Under the pieces are notes generated by a model. That model ran no database searches. It was not told the DNA's origin and worked only from the letters and a program-made list of their open reading frames with translations. From positions 2,369 to 66,368 of the IMG/VR virus record IMGVR_UViG_3300043436_003448: a DNA stretch of 64,000 nt; one strand, given 5' to 3'. This stretch comes from a virus. Positions 47,919 to 58,208 of this stretch are shown piece by piece. Every line of letters begins with the position of its first letter. Within the stretch, counting starts at the first letter, position 1. A program made the translations under genes and the position numbers.

Positions 47919-48065
47919 ATGCGCCGAACGGTTTTTTGGCCTTCCGACGCAATGTCACATACATGCTACAAGATGCGATTGGATAGCACTAGATAAGCCT
48001 CGCCAGTAGCATTTTGGTAGCACAGACGCACAAGGTAGCACCAAAATTCAGCCAGAGACCTGCCC

Positions 48066-49295
48066 ATGACGGACAAAATAAAGCTGACAAAAGCTGTAAT
48101 TGATAAACTGGAGCCCCCTTCCTCCGGCCGAATCTTTGTTTATGACTCGACCATCACCGGGCTCTGCGTCTGCCTGACATCGACCGGAACAACTACCTGG
48201 TACCTTTACAAGAAGGTGAACGGAAAGCCTGTTCGCCTAAAACTAGGACGATGGCCGGAAGTCACCGTTGAAGCGGCCAAGAATCTCGCGACAGAGGCAG
48301 CCGGCCGGATGGCAGGAGGCGAGGACATCCAAGCCGCTCGAGCTGCCAAGCGAAAAAAGGAAATGACCTGGGGGGAATTGTTTGAAAAGTATCTGGCCGA
48401 ACATGCGAAGATTCACAAGAAGACTTGGCGAGAGGATGAAGACAATAATCGCCGGAATCTATCAGACTGGGCCGAGCGCCCATTGTCCTCCTTCACCCGG
48501 CCGGTCATCGCCGAGAAACATCGCCAGATCGGAGCCACCGGAGCCACCACCACCGCCAACAGGATCCTGAGTTTGGTTTCCAAGGTGTTCAGCTTTGCCG
48601 ACGAGGCTGGACTTTGGGACAAAAGGAATCCGTGCAAGGGAATCAAGAAATTCAAAGAGGTGGAACGGGATAGATTCGTCCAGCCGAACGAGATGCCGGT
48701 TTTGCTGCTCCAGATTCAGAAATATCCGAATCCTACCCTGAGAGATTACTTCCTGATGTGCCTGCTGACCGGCGCCCGTCGTGCAAACGTCTTCACGATG
48801 AAATGGGTGGACGTGGACCTGCAGGAAGGTATCTGGAGAATTCCGGATACAAAGTCAGGTCAGGCAGTCAGGATCGCACTCGCCCCGGAAGCACAAACTA
48901 TTTTGTGCGAGCGTAAGAAAATTTGTGTGGCGGAAGGAGGATCTGAATACGTCTTCCCCGGCCGATACGGGAAGAGTCACCTGAAGGAGCCCAAAAAAGC
49001 CTGGGCGAAGATTCTGGAGAACTCCGGGTTGAAGGATTTGAAGATCCACGATCTGAGGCGAACGCTGGGAAGCTGGCAGGCGGCAGCCGGGGTAAGCTTG
49101 CCAATCATCGGAAAGAGTCTCGGTCATCGCACGACGACAGCCACGGCCATTTATGCAAGGATGAATCTGGATCCTGTTAGGCAAAGCGTATCGGCTGCAG
49201 TGACTGCGATGATGACGGCTGGAAAGAAGGCCGCCAAGAAGAAGGGAGCCAAACCACAAGATCCTGGGGTCAATAAAAATACCGACCGATCCTAA
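48066..49295 (+). CDS. int: Phage integrase (tyrosine recombinase with N-terminal arm-binding domain)
   Basis: KLTKAVI..YDSTITGL..LGRWP arm domain; LTGARR, HDLRRT, LGH and TAIY catalytic motifs. Confidence 0.95.
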   Translation: MTDKIKLTKAVIDKLEPPSSGRIFVYDSTITGLCVCLTSTGTTTWYLYKKVNGKPVRLKLGRWPEVTVEAAKNLATEAAGRMAGGEDIQAARAAKRKKEMTWGELFEKYLAEHAKIHKKTWREDEDNNRRNLSDWAERPLSSFTRPVIAEKHRQIGATGATTTANRILSLVSKVFSFADEAGLWDKRNPCKGIKKFKEVERDRFVQPNEMPVLLLQIQKYPNPTLRDYFLMCLLTGARRANVFTMKWVDVDLQEGIWRIPDTKSGQAVRIALAPEAQTILCERKKICVAEGGSEYVFPGRYGKSHLKEPKKAWAKILENSGLKDLKIHDLRRTLGSWQAAAGVSLPIIGKSLGHRTTTATAIYARMNLDPVRQSVSAAVTAMMTAGKKAAKKKGAKPQDPGVNKNTDRS

Positions 49296-49571
49296 AAATG
49301 AAAGTTGACAGGGAAAGGCAAGAGATTATCCTCTCAGAATACAAATTGCGGAACAACTGGACCGGTTTGGCCAGTGACATAAGGTGATGTTCATCATGCG
49401 GAACTTTGATCCACGCTGGCAGGCAATCGCCATCAAACGAGAATTCGCGGGCGACCGCTGGAGTTCTCCTCCCCCTTCCAGTCACTCGACTAGATCACGT
49501 CGAAAATCTCTTTCTCACCTTGCCTAGCTCTCTCTAATCATTCCCACGATTCGCAAACAGAAAGCACTTCC

Positions 49572-49817
49572 ATGACGGAAAGCATCCCGGCATTCATTGC
49601 GCCCGCATTTGCTGTTTTTGAAGACCGGCAATCCAAAACTCCAATCTTCCTTGTTGCAGGAACTGAACAAGAATCTTCTTTTCAACAGGCCGCCGCATTT
49701 GCCAGAGGCTTCAATGGTGATCGCAAAACCAGCAAGGCGATCGTTCGCCGAGCATCGGCGCGAGTAATTTTCGGTCGAGTAGAAGCAACCAGCGATAATC
49801 AGCTTCCAAATTGCTGA
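49572..49817 (+). CDS. Hypothetical protein
   Basis: 81-aa ATG ORF. Confidence 0.45.
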   Translation: MTESIPAFIAPAFAVFEDRQSKTPIFLVAGTEQESSFQQAAAFARGFNGDRKTSKAIVRRASARVIFGRVEATSDNQLPNC

Positions 49818-50164
49818 TCAGTCAGAGCCCGATTGAGATTCGCGGTAAATTCAGCGATGAGCTTTTTGCCGCGATTCCCTTTCGTTATTCCGTCTACCCG
49901 ATCACAGGTAGAGATAGCCAGCCGCTCCATATTCTTCGCGATACCATTTAGCGTTTGAGCTTGGCCGATCAAGAAATCAGCCAGTTCACGCACTTCCGTG
50001 AGCGTCACCACTCCGCGCCGCAAATGAGACGGGTGATTGGATTCCTCGCGATAATCAATCTGGACTTCTTCAATTTCCGCAACTGCTGGCATTTTGCTTT
50101 TCCCTGTCTTCTTTCCGGCCGTCTGTGGTCGTGGTTGTGGCTGTGCTTTCCCAGTCTTCTTCAT
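49799..50164 (-). CDS. Hypothetical protein at repressor-like position
   Basis: Divergent from the early operon, with operator-like motifs in the intergenic gap; no clear HTH seen. Confidence 0.45.
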   Translation of the reverse strand: MKKTGKAQPQPRPQTAGKKTGKSKMPAVAEIEEVQIDYREESNHPSHLRRGVVTLTEVRELADFLIGQAQTLNGIAKNMERLAISTCDRVDGITKGNRGKKLIAEFTANLNRALTDQQFGS

Positions 50165-50371
50165 TGCATGAATTCCAACAGCATGTAATAGGAATGTGAC
50201 ATCATGCAACATTTTGTTTTACAAATGTCATATTTGCAACGCAAAATCTGTGCCCGCAATGCCTTGCGACTATTGCGTTTTTCTTTTGTGATTTCTATGT
50301 TACATGCAGTTGACGTATATGCCGCGTCTTTGTAATCTTAGATAACGTTGCGTTGCAGGAGATGACGATAG

Positions 50372-50668
50372 ATGAGCGCTACCAAGAAGGAGTTCCGGAA
50401 ATGTCTTGTTCCGGAGTGTGACAGCGAAGGAACGAGGCGCGGGCTTTGTAGTTCCTGCCGAAATGCCGCAAAGCGTCAAATTGATGCCGGGCATACAACC
50501 GAGGATGAATTGATTAAACGGCAGTTGCTGCTCCCGAAAGGCAGGAAAGGGAAGCTTGCGGCTGCCCTAGACAACCGCAGAAAGAAAGAGAGTGAAAGCA
50601 ATGTCAGTGTCAGTGACTCAACCGGAGCTTCTGACTCCGAGGCAGGCAGCCGAAAAACTTCAGGTTGA
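50372..50668 (+). CDS. Small Cys4 Zn-binding protein, first gene of early operon
   Basis: CLVPEC..RGLCSSC; AGGAG RBS. Confidence 0.6.
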   Translation: MSATKKEFRKCLVPECDSEGTRRGLCSSCRNAAKRQIDAGHTTEDELIKRQLLLPKGRKGKLAAALDNRRKKESESNVSVSDSTGASDSEAGSRKTSG

Positions 50669-50810
50669 TGTGCAATTGCTCAACCAGTGGCGATCGGCGA
50701 GGAAAGGCCCCAGCTTCATAAAGCTGGGCCGATTCATCAGGTACAAGTCTGATGAGCTTCAGGAATGGATTGACAAGCGACAAGTTAAGACGAATCTGAA
50801 GTTGGTTTGA
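50601..50810 (+). CDS. Excisionase-like HTH protein
   Basis: LLTPRQAAEKLQV..LNQWR..GPSFIKLGRFIRY..LQEWI. Confidence 0.85.
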   Translation: MSVSVTQPELLTPRQAAEKLQVDVQLLNQWRSARKGPSFIKLGRFIRYKSDELQEWIDKRQVKTNLKLV

Positions 50811-50867
50811 GATTTGATTGTTCCATTGGTTATTCAATTGTTTTTTACTTTGAAAGGCTGGCTGCCA

Positions 50868-51883
50868 TGAGTGTTTCTCCCGGAACAAGTGTTGAAGATG
50901 ATTTCCGTCTGGATGATGATTTTGAGTTCGATATTGACCTGTCAGCGATCCAAACGACAGTTCGCCCCGAAGCAGTGATGAGCGACCGAAAGGCCGATGA
51001 AACCCTGTCAAATGTGGGCGAAATGGTGTCCGCGACGACTACGAGAATTCCTCTCTCTTCGGCCGGAGGAAGTGTGTTGTATGTCGACATCGAAACGATT
51101 CCGGACTATGAGCGTCAGCACTTGTTTGGGCTGGATCCGCTCCCCGTTGTTCCGCCAGAACTGACGACCGAAAACCTGATGACTCCGGCTGAATTCCTGA
51201 GTCAGACAATCACTGAAATCAATCAGTGGTTTTCGAAGAACAACCCGTGCGAGGAATGGCTTCAGCAGTTGGAAACTGTTGAGGCTGCAACCGGGGGAAA
51301 GAAGGGAAGCCGGAAGGGCGTCTTTGATTCGATTAAGGAAGCCAGAGAATCGAAGAATGCTGTCGCAAAGGCGATCAAGGCCAATCGAAAGAAGATGAGC
51401 GTAACGCCCGAGATGGCTCAGATTGTTGCAATTGGTTTCGCAATCGATGACGAACCCGTGATTGCATCAGTTCTTGGACAAGACGGAGCAACCGAAAAGG
51501 GAATGCTCGAAGCCTTCTGGTTTATGGCCAAACGCTGCCAGCACATTTGCGGATTCAATGTTGCCGGGTTTGACCTGCCAACGATTTTCTTCCGCTCGAT
51601 CATGCTTGGCATCCCAGCGACCAGGTTGGTTGATTTGAGTCCATACAAGGATCATGTGATTGATCTGATGGTGAGCCGCTTCGGACGCAACGGCGAAAGG
51701 GGCATGGGGCTCAAAAACGTCGCAAAACTTTGTGACATCCAAGTTCCATGCGAGGGGGTTGACGGTTCTCAGGTTGAAGAACTGTTTCGGGCAAACCCGC
51801 CGCTTGTCGGCCAGTACGTTGCAAGTGACATCATTGTCACGAGGAAATTGCACCGGCTTTATTCAGGGTTTTTCTGCGTTTGA
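50868..51883 (+). CDS. 3'-5' exonuclease (PolB-exo/DnaQ-like)
   Basis: ExoI YVDIET, ExoII GFNVAGFDLP, ExoIII YVASD. Confidence 0.8.
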
Positions 51884-51968
51884 GGCGAAAACCCGCTCTT
51901 TCCGGCCCATCTCAATTTCTAACTTCAATTTATCCGAGTTTCTCCAAATTTTCTGAAAGTTTTTTCAC

Positions 51969-53066
51969 ATGAGCACAGCACTTTCAACCCAAACGCAACC
52001 GGCCGGAGAGGGAAGGCCAAATTCTGGCACGATCACCCGCCCTGGCTTCAACTCTGCTGATTCTTACCGGCTTTGCCATCAGCTTTCGAAGGTATTCGCC
52101 GCGAGTCACCTGGTACCAACGTTGTACCGAGCCAGCGAAGCGAATTGCATGATTGCCATTAGCATGGCCAGTCGGATGCAAATGGATCCTCTGACCGTCA
52201 TGCAGAACCTTTTCATCATCCAGGGCAAGCCGAGCTTTTCCGCTCAGTTCCTGATTGCCAGCTGGAACGCTTGCGGCCGTTTCTCGCCGATTCGCTACCA
52301 ATGGACCGAGAAACGCGACGGATGCCGAGCGACTTCCCGGGATCTTCAAACCGGCGAAGAGTTGGTTGGAACACTGGTCACAATCGCGATGGCAAAGGCT
52401 GAAGGCTGGTACGGAAAGCCGGGGAGCAAATGGCAGACGATGCCGGAACTGATGCTTCAGTATCGCGCCGCCGCGTTTCTGGTCCGCACGTATGGGGCTG
52501 AAATCGCTCTGGGAATGAGCACAACGGAAGAGGCTGAAGACGTTTCCGGGACGCGAGCCGTTGACCCGACCTCCGGCGATATGGTGAAATTGGCGGTTTC
52601 GCCAATCGAGCCGCCAACGGTGAAGGTTGAGGTTATTGAGTCAACTCCTGAGACGGCTGAAGTGATTGAAGCAACGGTTGAACCCTCTTCCTCTTCGGCC
52701 GTAACTGTCGTTGAAGCTCCTGTTCTTTCGTCCGTGACTCCTGTTGTTTCAAATGCTGCTCCTGTTGTTTCAACCGAATCAGTATCCGCATCAGCAGTTG
52801 AGGACGAAGCCCCCGTTTCCCCTGAAACGCTGGCCTACCTCGGTGAACTGGTTAAAGAGATCAATCCACCGAAAGAAAAATGGGTGGCAACACTCCATAA
52901 GAAATACGGTGTGACCTCCGCGAAACTGCTCAATGAGAAGCAGGCTCAAGCCGTCGTGAAGTGGGCGAAATCTCAGGTTGAATCTCTTCGCCTCACAAAA
53001 TGGACGGCTGGACAAGGCGAAGCGAGGGAGGCGAGCGCAGAGGCCGCCCCCTTTCAGACAACCTGA
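51969..53066 (+). CDS. RecT-like ssDNA annealing protein
   Basis: ANCMIAI.MA.RM.MDPL.VMQNL..IQGKP..; MAKAEGW..SKWQTMPELML.YRAAAF. Confidence 0.7.
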   Translation: MSTALSTQTQPAGEGRPNSGTITRPGFNSADSYRLCHQLSKVFAASHLVPTLYRASEANCMIAISMASRMQMDPLTVMQNLFIIQGKPSFSAQFLIASWNACGRFSPIRYQWTEKRDGCRATSRDLQTGEELVGTLVTIAMAKAEGWYGKPGSKWQTMPELMLQYRAAAFLVRTYGAEIALGMSTTEEAEDVSGTRAVDPTSGDMVKLAVSPIEPPTVKVEVIESTPETAEVIEATVEPSSSSAVTVVEAPVLSSVTPVVSNAAPVVSTESVSASAVEDEAPVSPETLAYLGELVKEINPPKEKWVATLHKKYGVTSAKLLNEKQAQAVVKWAKSQVESLRLTKWTAGQGEAREASAEAAPFQTT

Positions 53067-53275
53067 GATTCTCGGAGTCAGCCGGGGAAAATACCCGACA
53101 CGATTAGACCAATGGCCGACGCCGCTTCACGCTCTTGTTCAGTCCCGTGGAATGTATGTCGTTTATCAAAAAGGACTGGAAGCACTTGGATATCCGCCGA
53201 CTTTGGCGACAGAAACCGAAGAAATCGTTTTGTTGGTTTCACATTTGAATAACTCCAATTGAGGGAATAAAGAAC

Positions 53276-54115
53276 ATGAACACAAGAACCGGAACTGGTA
53301 TCACTGCAGACGACATGGAAGCAATTGATGATCTTGGTGGTGACTTTGCACCGGGACCACAGGGAATCGATGAGAACTATGAGTTCGATTCCTCGGATGT
53401 TGATGAAAAGGAGTTGGATACGTCCGGCATTCTCGATCAGGAAGGCTGGTATCACTTCGAGATCACGAAAGTTGACTTGGTTCTCGGACTGTTGGGCGAT
53501 GACGGCAAAGAGAATACGCCGCATATCAATGTGACGTGCAAGTCACTTAACAGTGTTCGCGGTCAGAGTCCGGTAGGCAGTGTTCTTTGGCACAAAATCT
53601 TCGTCGGAGCCAAAGGAGGCGGGCCACCAAAACAGGGCTCAATTGATTCCATGTTCCGGTTCGGTGTTGGTGTCGGCCTGATGAAGTGGGGCAAAAAGAC
53701 GAATCCAGACGGGACTGAAAAGTCTGTTTTGGTTCTCGCCAGCAATAACAGCACGAAGGTTCCGCCAGCAGTCTGGAAAACCATCGTCGGCGCTCAGTTC
53801 ATCGCTCAGGTTCAGAAGGAAAAGCAGCAGGAAGGCTCAAACTACAAGCCTCAGTTCAAAATTCCAATGGGCAAAGCCTATCGCCCTGATCATCCGGACG
53901 TGAGCCACGTTCAGAAGAACATCGAAGCTCTGGAATCCATCGGCATTAAGATTTCGACGACTGCCCCGACCCAGACGGAGCAGAAGGCCAAAGCAGCCTA
54001 CAAGACTGCAGCCGATACCGCTGGCCCTTCCTCTTCGGCCGGAGGAGGACAGCCGCCAGCTAAGGTTGCGACTGCTGCGCCTGCAGGTGATAGCTTCGAC
54101 ATGGATTCTCTTTGA
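53276..54115 (+). CDS. Putative ssDNA-binding protein (DUF669-like)
   Basis: EGWYHFEITKV OB-like start, low-complexity linker and acidic tail (DSFDMDSL). Confidence 0.55.
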   Translation: MNTRTGTGITADDMEAIDDLGGDFAPGPQGIDENYEFDSSDVDEKELDTSGILDQEGWYHFEITKVDLVLGLLGDDGKENTPHINVTCKSLNSVRGQSPVGSVLWHKIFVGAKGGGPPKQGSIDSMFRFGVGVGLMKWGKKTNPDGTEKSVLVLASNNSTKVPPAVWKTIVGAQFIAQVQKEKQQEGSNYKPQFKIPMGKAYRPDHPDVSHVQKNIEALESIGIKISTTAPTQTEQKAKAAYKTAADTAGPSSSAGGGQPPAKVATAAPAGDSFDMDSL

Positions 54116-54160
54116 GATCCCTGATCCTTTCCCAGTCTCATGCAACATGCAGGTAACATC

Positions 54161-54385
54161 ATGACTCGAACGACCACACGATCAGTTTCAAAGTTGCCGC
54201 CGATGCCGACTGTTGAGTTTGCAAAGAAGCAACTGACGGAAGTGAAGATTCGCAAGGAATTCAAAGCCGTCTGGGGTTCTGATTGTGTGTTCATCGCCAG
54301 GCTTCATAAGGATCAGAGGAAGGATGTTCTGACCGATGATTCTTACTGGCTGACGATCAGAGATCTGATGTTGCATGGGTACTGA
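54161..54385 (+). CDS. Hypothetical protein
   Basis: Short ORF in the early operon. Confidence 0.45.
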   Translation: MTRTTTRSVSKLPPMPTVEFAKKQLTEVKIRKEFKAVWGSDCVFIARLHKDQRKDVLTDDSYWLTIRDLMLHGY

Positions 54386-54706
54386 TTGACAACCTGACGG
54401 GCTGAATACGCCAGAAGTATTTCGCGGGGATTGCTCAAGAAAGTTCCGCGTAAAGGCACAGTTGAGCAGACTTTTGAAGCCGATGGCAAGCGGGAAGGCG
54501 GGGAACAAGCCGCCACGAAGTTCCGGGAATGAACACAATCAAGCGGCCGGGGTTCAGCAGTTCGACCGAAAGGCGAGCGTAGCCACCCGAGCAGGAGCGT
54601 AGAAGAAGAGTCATTCCGACGTGGTTCGAATCCACGCAGAAGTCTTTCAAATCGTTATTTCATTTCGTCACGTTCAGCCCATTTAGAAAAGGAGCCCTTC
54701 ACCAAA

Positions 54707-55066
54707 ATGGAAACCCTCAAAACTTCAACCCTTCACCTTATCGCCAAAGGAATGCTTGCCGCATCATTCGACCAGCACTTGGCACTTGCACAACACGACA
54801 TTTCCGATCGGCCGAAAGTCAAAGGCCCGCGGAAAGTCATCCTAGAACTTATCCTGACTCCGACCGACTCAGGCGAAGACGTGGTTGATGCCGTTGATGT
54901 CCAGTTCAATGTCGACTGGAAGAAGCCGAAAACCACGATGAAAGGACGAATGGCAAGCTTCCCGAAAACCAAGTCATTCGGGTTTGAGACCGACACGAAC
55001 AAGGTTACTCACGCGCCGAATCAGCGAGCATTCGCGATTGATAATTCGGCCGAAGAGGTGGATTGA
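54707..55066 (+). CDS. Conserved phage protein (partner of downstream gene)
   Basis: AAAGGAG RBS; DI.DRP..GPRKVILEL.LTP pattern. Confidence 0.65.
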   Translation: METLKTSTLHLIAKGMLAASFDQHLALAQHDISDRPKVKGPRKVILELILTPTDSGEDVVDAVDVQFNVDWKKPKTTMKGRMASFPKTKSFGFETDTNKVTHAPNQRAFAIDNSAEEVD

Positions 55067-55152
55067 TCGGCACTCAGTTTTCTGAATCCTGAAATGTGAC
55101 ATCCAAGTATCTTCCAAGTTTTGTTATTCCAAATCTGAAAGCCCATTGACCC

Positions 55153-55953
55153 ATGAATGACCTACTCTCAAACGGACTGAAATCCATCGTTGAACTGGCC
55201 AGAACTGAAACCCTGAAACCAGCGTATGAGTGCGCTGAGCAGATCGTTTTCCTTGATCGATTCACCGGAAATCAAGTTGAAGTCGACAAGCAGAAGCCAA
55301 CCACAAAACACACGCTCGACAACATTGATTCGCTGATTAACTTTATCGACCAGCGAGCGGACGAAGACGGACATGTGCCCTACATCTTCATCCGGCCAAC
55401 CAGTATCGTCTGCATTCTGGACTACTCCGAATTCCGCGTTCATCAGATCACAGTCCCTCTCTCTCAATCGCCAATTCTCTCCTACCTCTCAAAGGTCGCC
55501 GGGAATAACTTCGAGCCAAAAGAGGCAATCCGCTCGCTGAAGTACAACCTGAAATCGGCGATCCTGACCGATAACCCGATTCCATCCCTTCAGACGCTGA
55601 AATTCAGTTCCTCCTCTTCGGCCGAACATGAAACCAACTGGACAAGCGAAGGCGTCTCGAAAAGCCTGCAATCGTCTGTCACCGGCGCGGCAACAGTCCC
55701 GGAAGAATTCTCGGTTCAGTTCGAGATGTATCCAGCAATCACCGTTGAACTGGAAGCCGCTGGTTCTGTCACCGTGGAAATGGAACTCCATGTTGACCCG
55801 ACGAAGCAAACCCTCTCTTTCCGGCCGTTCCCCGGATCGATCGATCGGGCAATCTTGATGGCCCAGCAGGACGTTCAGAAAACAGTTGTAAAGAAGCTAA
55901 TTGGCGCTCAACGCGAGCCGCTGTCTCACCTTGTCTTTCTCGGTCAGCCCTGA
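55153..55953 (+). CDS. Conserved phage protein (DUF2303/YfdQ-like)
   Basis: HTLDNIDSLINFI..; typical pairing with the upstream small gene. Confidence 0.5.
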   Translation: MNDLLSNGLKSIVELARTETLKPAYECAEQIVFLDRFTGNQVEVDKQKPTTKHTLDNIDSLINFIDQRADEDGHVPYIFIRPTSIVCILDYSEFRVHQITVPLSQSPILSYLSKVAGNNFEPKEAIRSLKYNLKSAILTDNPIPSLQTLKFSSSSSAEHETNWTSEGVSKSLQSSVTGAATVPEEFSVQFEMYPAITVELEAAGSVTVEMELHVDPTKQTLSFRPFPGSIDRAILMAQQDVQKTVVKKLIGAQREPLSHLVFLGQP

Positions 55954-55967
55954 TTATTGCTGATCTT

Positions 55968-56040
55968 CGCGGGGTGGAGAAGTTGGTAACTCGCCAGATT
56001 CATGTTCTGGAGATCGCAGGTTCGAATCCTGCCCCCGCAA
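55968..56040 (+). tRNA. tRNA-Met(CAT), initiator-like acceptor stem, atypical anticodon arm
   Basis: CGCGGGG/CCCCGCA acceptor with C1:A72 mismatch; anticodon stem CCAGA/TCTGG, loop TTCATGT; T arm GCAGG-TTCGAAT-CCTGC; CCA not encoded. Confidence 0.9.
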
Positions 56041-56096
56041 TGCCGTTTATCGGCTTTCACAGTTCATAGCCAAGCCCATTCAAGGACGTAGACATC

Positions 56097-56375
56097 ATGC
56101 TGGTTTTGTCTCGAAAACGTGGCGAGATTATCGACCTCCCGGAACTCGGAGTGTCATTCAAAATCATCGACTTCAAATCCGCTGGCATTGTTTCAGTCGG
56201 CATCGAAGCACCGGCAAACATTCGCGTTCACCGTCGCGAGATTCTTGAGAAGATCGAAGCTCAGGAAAACGACACGCCAGCCGCAGAAACTGAACCTGTT
56301 CAGCCCGCTCCACTCTGGGCGAAGAAGCAGAGACGAAACAAGAAAGAGAACAATAAGGAAGGCCAGCGATCATGA
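56097..56375 (+). CDS. csrA: Carbon storage regulator CsrA homologue
   Basis: MLVLSRKRGEII..VSVGIEAPANIRVHRREI. Confidence 0.9.
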   Translation: MLVLSRKRGEIIDLPELGVSFKIIDFKSAGIVSVGIEAPANIRVHRREILEKIEAQENDTPAAETEPVQPAPLWAKKQRRNKKENNKEGQRS

Positions 56376-57655
56376 CTCAGGAAACCCTCACGGGCGTACT
56401 GAGTAAGATTATTTGGTCCTCACCTGAAGACGGCAACGATTACAAAATTGCCAAGCTTTCAACCGGCCAAACAGTTCTCGGATATGCCCCGGAAAATGAA
56501 TTTGTCATCGGGCAAACTTACACATTCCAAGGGAACTCGAAACTTGGAAAAGAATATCGTGGAGTGAAAGAACGTCAGTTCCATTTCACGAAATTCGAAC
56601 GGCAGGAACCCCATTCACGGATCGGGCTGGTTCACTACCTTGAAAAGTTCTGTCCAGGAATCGGCCCCACACTGGCCGGAAGGATCTTTGACAAGTACCA
56701 GCAGGAAGCCGTCTCGAAGCTTCGCACCTCTCCGGCCGAAGTTGCTGAGGCTATTCCCGGCATTTCCTTTGAAGTCGCTCAGGCGGCATCTGAGGAGCTG
56801 CAGAAGAACGTGAAATTCGAGGAAACCCGGATTGAGTTGAACCAGTTGTTCGCCGGCCGCGGATTCAGCAAACAACTGATCAACATGACTCTTAAGAAAT
56901 GGGGAGTTCAGGCAGCCGCCAGAATTCGCCGAGATCCCTTTTGTTTATTGGTTGAAGGTTTCCCGTCCGCTGGCTTCGCTCGCTGCGATCGGCTTTACAT
57001 CGAACAGGGCAAAAAGCTGTACCGGCTGAAAAGGTTGATGCTGTTCATCTGGCATCAGGTCAGGGAATCACTGGAAGGGCATACCTGGCATGATGCCAAA
57101 GAGATCATCAGCAAGTTGCGCCGAGACGCCTCAGTGAGCGATGAAGGCCGGGATTCAATGATATCGGCCGACAAGAGGATTCTTCGGGCGATTGAGTTGG
57201 GTGTCAGATCCGGTTGGCTAGCCATCAAGAAAACGAGTCAGGGAATTTTCGTTGCCGAAGGTAAGTCGGCAGAGAATGAAAACACGATTTCCCAAGTCGT
57301 TTTGAACATCGTAAACGGCCGGGAAGAGGTGAGCCCGATTGAAGGGTTTTACTTGCTGACGGAGCAAAGAAGAATTGAGGAAGAGGCTGAGGAGGAGCAG
57401 GACGAATGGGAGGAATCTCAGAGGCCTGCTGAGGTCGAATTGTCGGCCGAGGAGAAGGCGGCAATTGGGCGCAAAACTGGGATCTGCCAGTTTTGCAATC
57501 GAGTTCTGACTCATCAGGAAAGCAAGGCCCGGGGATACGGCCCGACATGTGCGCAGAAAAACGGATTGCCCTGGTCTGCATGGATCGGGAATGGAGCTGA
57601 CGGCTGGGCTGACGGGGTTTCTTTGAGTCTTCAAGCAGAAGTGGGAGCAGAGTAA
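56372..57655 (+). CDS. RecD2-like N-terminal half (OB plus HhH) with C-terminal Zn finger (DUF6011-like)
   Basis: PGIGPTLAGRI, IPGIS, IRRDPFCL..GFARCD, GHTW; C-terminal CQFCNRVLT..S..RGYGPTC. Confidence 0.75.
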   Translation: MTQETLTGVLSKIIWSSPEDGNDYKIAKLSTGQTVLGYAPENEFVIGQTYTFQGNSKLGKEYRGVKERQFHFTKFERQEPHSRIGLVHYLEKFCPGIGPTLAGRIFDKYQQEAVSKLRTSPAEVAEAIPGISFEVAQAASEELQKNVKFEETRIELNQLFAGRGFSKQLINMTLKKWGVQAAARIRRDPFCLLVEGFPSAGFARCDRLYIEQGKKLYRLKRLMLFIWHQVRESLEGHTWHDAKEIISKLRRDASVSDEGRDSMISADKRILRAIELGVRSGWLAIKKTSQGIFVAEGKSAENENTISQVVLNIVNGREEVSPIEGFYLLTEQRRIEEEAEEEQDEWEESQRPAEVELSAEEKAAIGRKTGICQFCNRVLTHQESKARGYGPTCAQKNGLPWSAWIGNGADGWADGVSLSLQAEVGAE

Positions 57656-57657
57656 TT

Positions 57658-57909
57658 ATGAAAGTCAGAATCGAAGCAGTCATTTCAACCGCTGGCAATG
57701 ATGAAGCCTATGTTGGGCATCATTTGGGGCTTGCCACCATCGGACGACCATTGAAGAAAATGGTTGTCACGTTTGAGGAAGATATCTCCCGTGAAGAACT
57801 GAAGAGCTTTCTGAAAGTCGATGCTGATCAACTGGTGAAGTCGTTCGTCATGGGAGCAAACGCCATTCAGCTTCATTCCTTCTCTTTGCAGGTGATGCCG
57901 ATCCAATGA
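57658..57909 (+). CDS. Hypothetical protein
   Basis: 83-aa ORF between the two RecD2 halves. Confidence 0.5.
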   Translation: MKVRIEAVISTAGNDEAYVGHHLGLATIGRPLKKMVVTFEEDISREELKSFLKVDADQLVKSFVMGANAIQLHSFSLQVMPIQ

Positions 57910-58208
57910 ACTTTGAATTACACAAAACCAAGAACACCACATTTCCGCTGGTTCAAGATACCAACGAAAAAATAATCCGAGCATGGCACAAGGCTGTTGA
58001 GGAGTTCCTTCAGGATCTCGGAATCAACCGATTCAATGTCCATCAGTTTCGGATGCTGAAAAGTGAACATCTTGAGAAAGACAATTCAACAGAAACGTCA
58101 ATCGAATTTGATGGCAAAATCATTGGTGTCATTCGAAGCGAAATGAAACACACGGCCGCCGGTCTGAAATTCACCATCACCTGTCAAAAGGTTGTTCAAC
58201 CAGCATGA
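57906..58208 (+). CDS. Hypothetical protein
   Basis: 100-aa ORF, ATGA-coupled on both sides. Confidence 0.55.
   Translation: MNFELHKTKNTTFPLVQDTNEKIIRAWHKAVEEFLQDLGINRFNVHQFRMLKSEHLEKDNSTETSIEFDGKIIGVIRSEMKHTAAGLKFTITCQKVVQPA

Larger units (their letters stand above)
47765..48041. promoter_or_regulatory. Integrase arm-type binding sites (GTAGCAC repeats) flanking attP core
   Basis: GTAGCAC at 47765, 47776, 48017 and 48035; GTAGCAT at 48006. Confidence 0.7.

Noticed and set aside
47714-47920. N-terminal extension of ORF 46499..47920
   Set aside because: It reads through the antisense tRNA half (LPVGLEPTTYGL is a typical tRNA shadow translation) and the arm sites.
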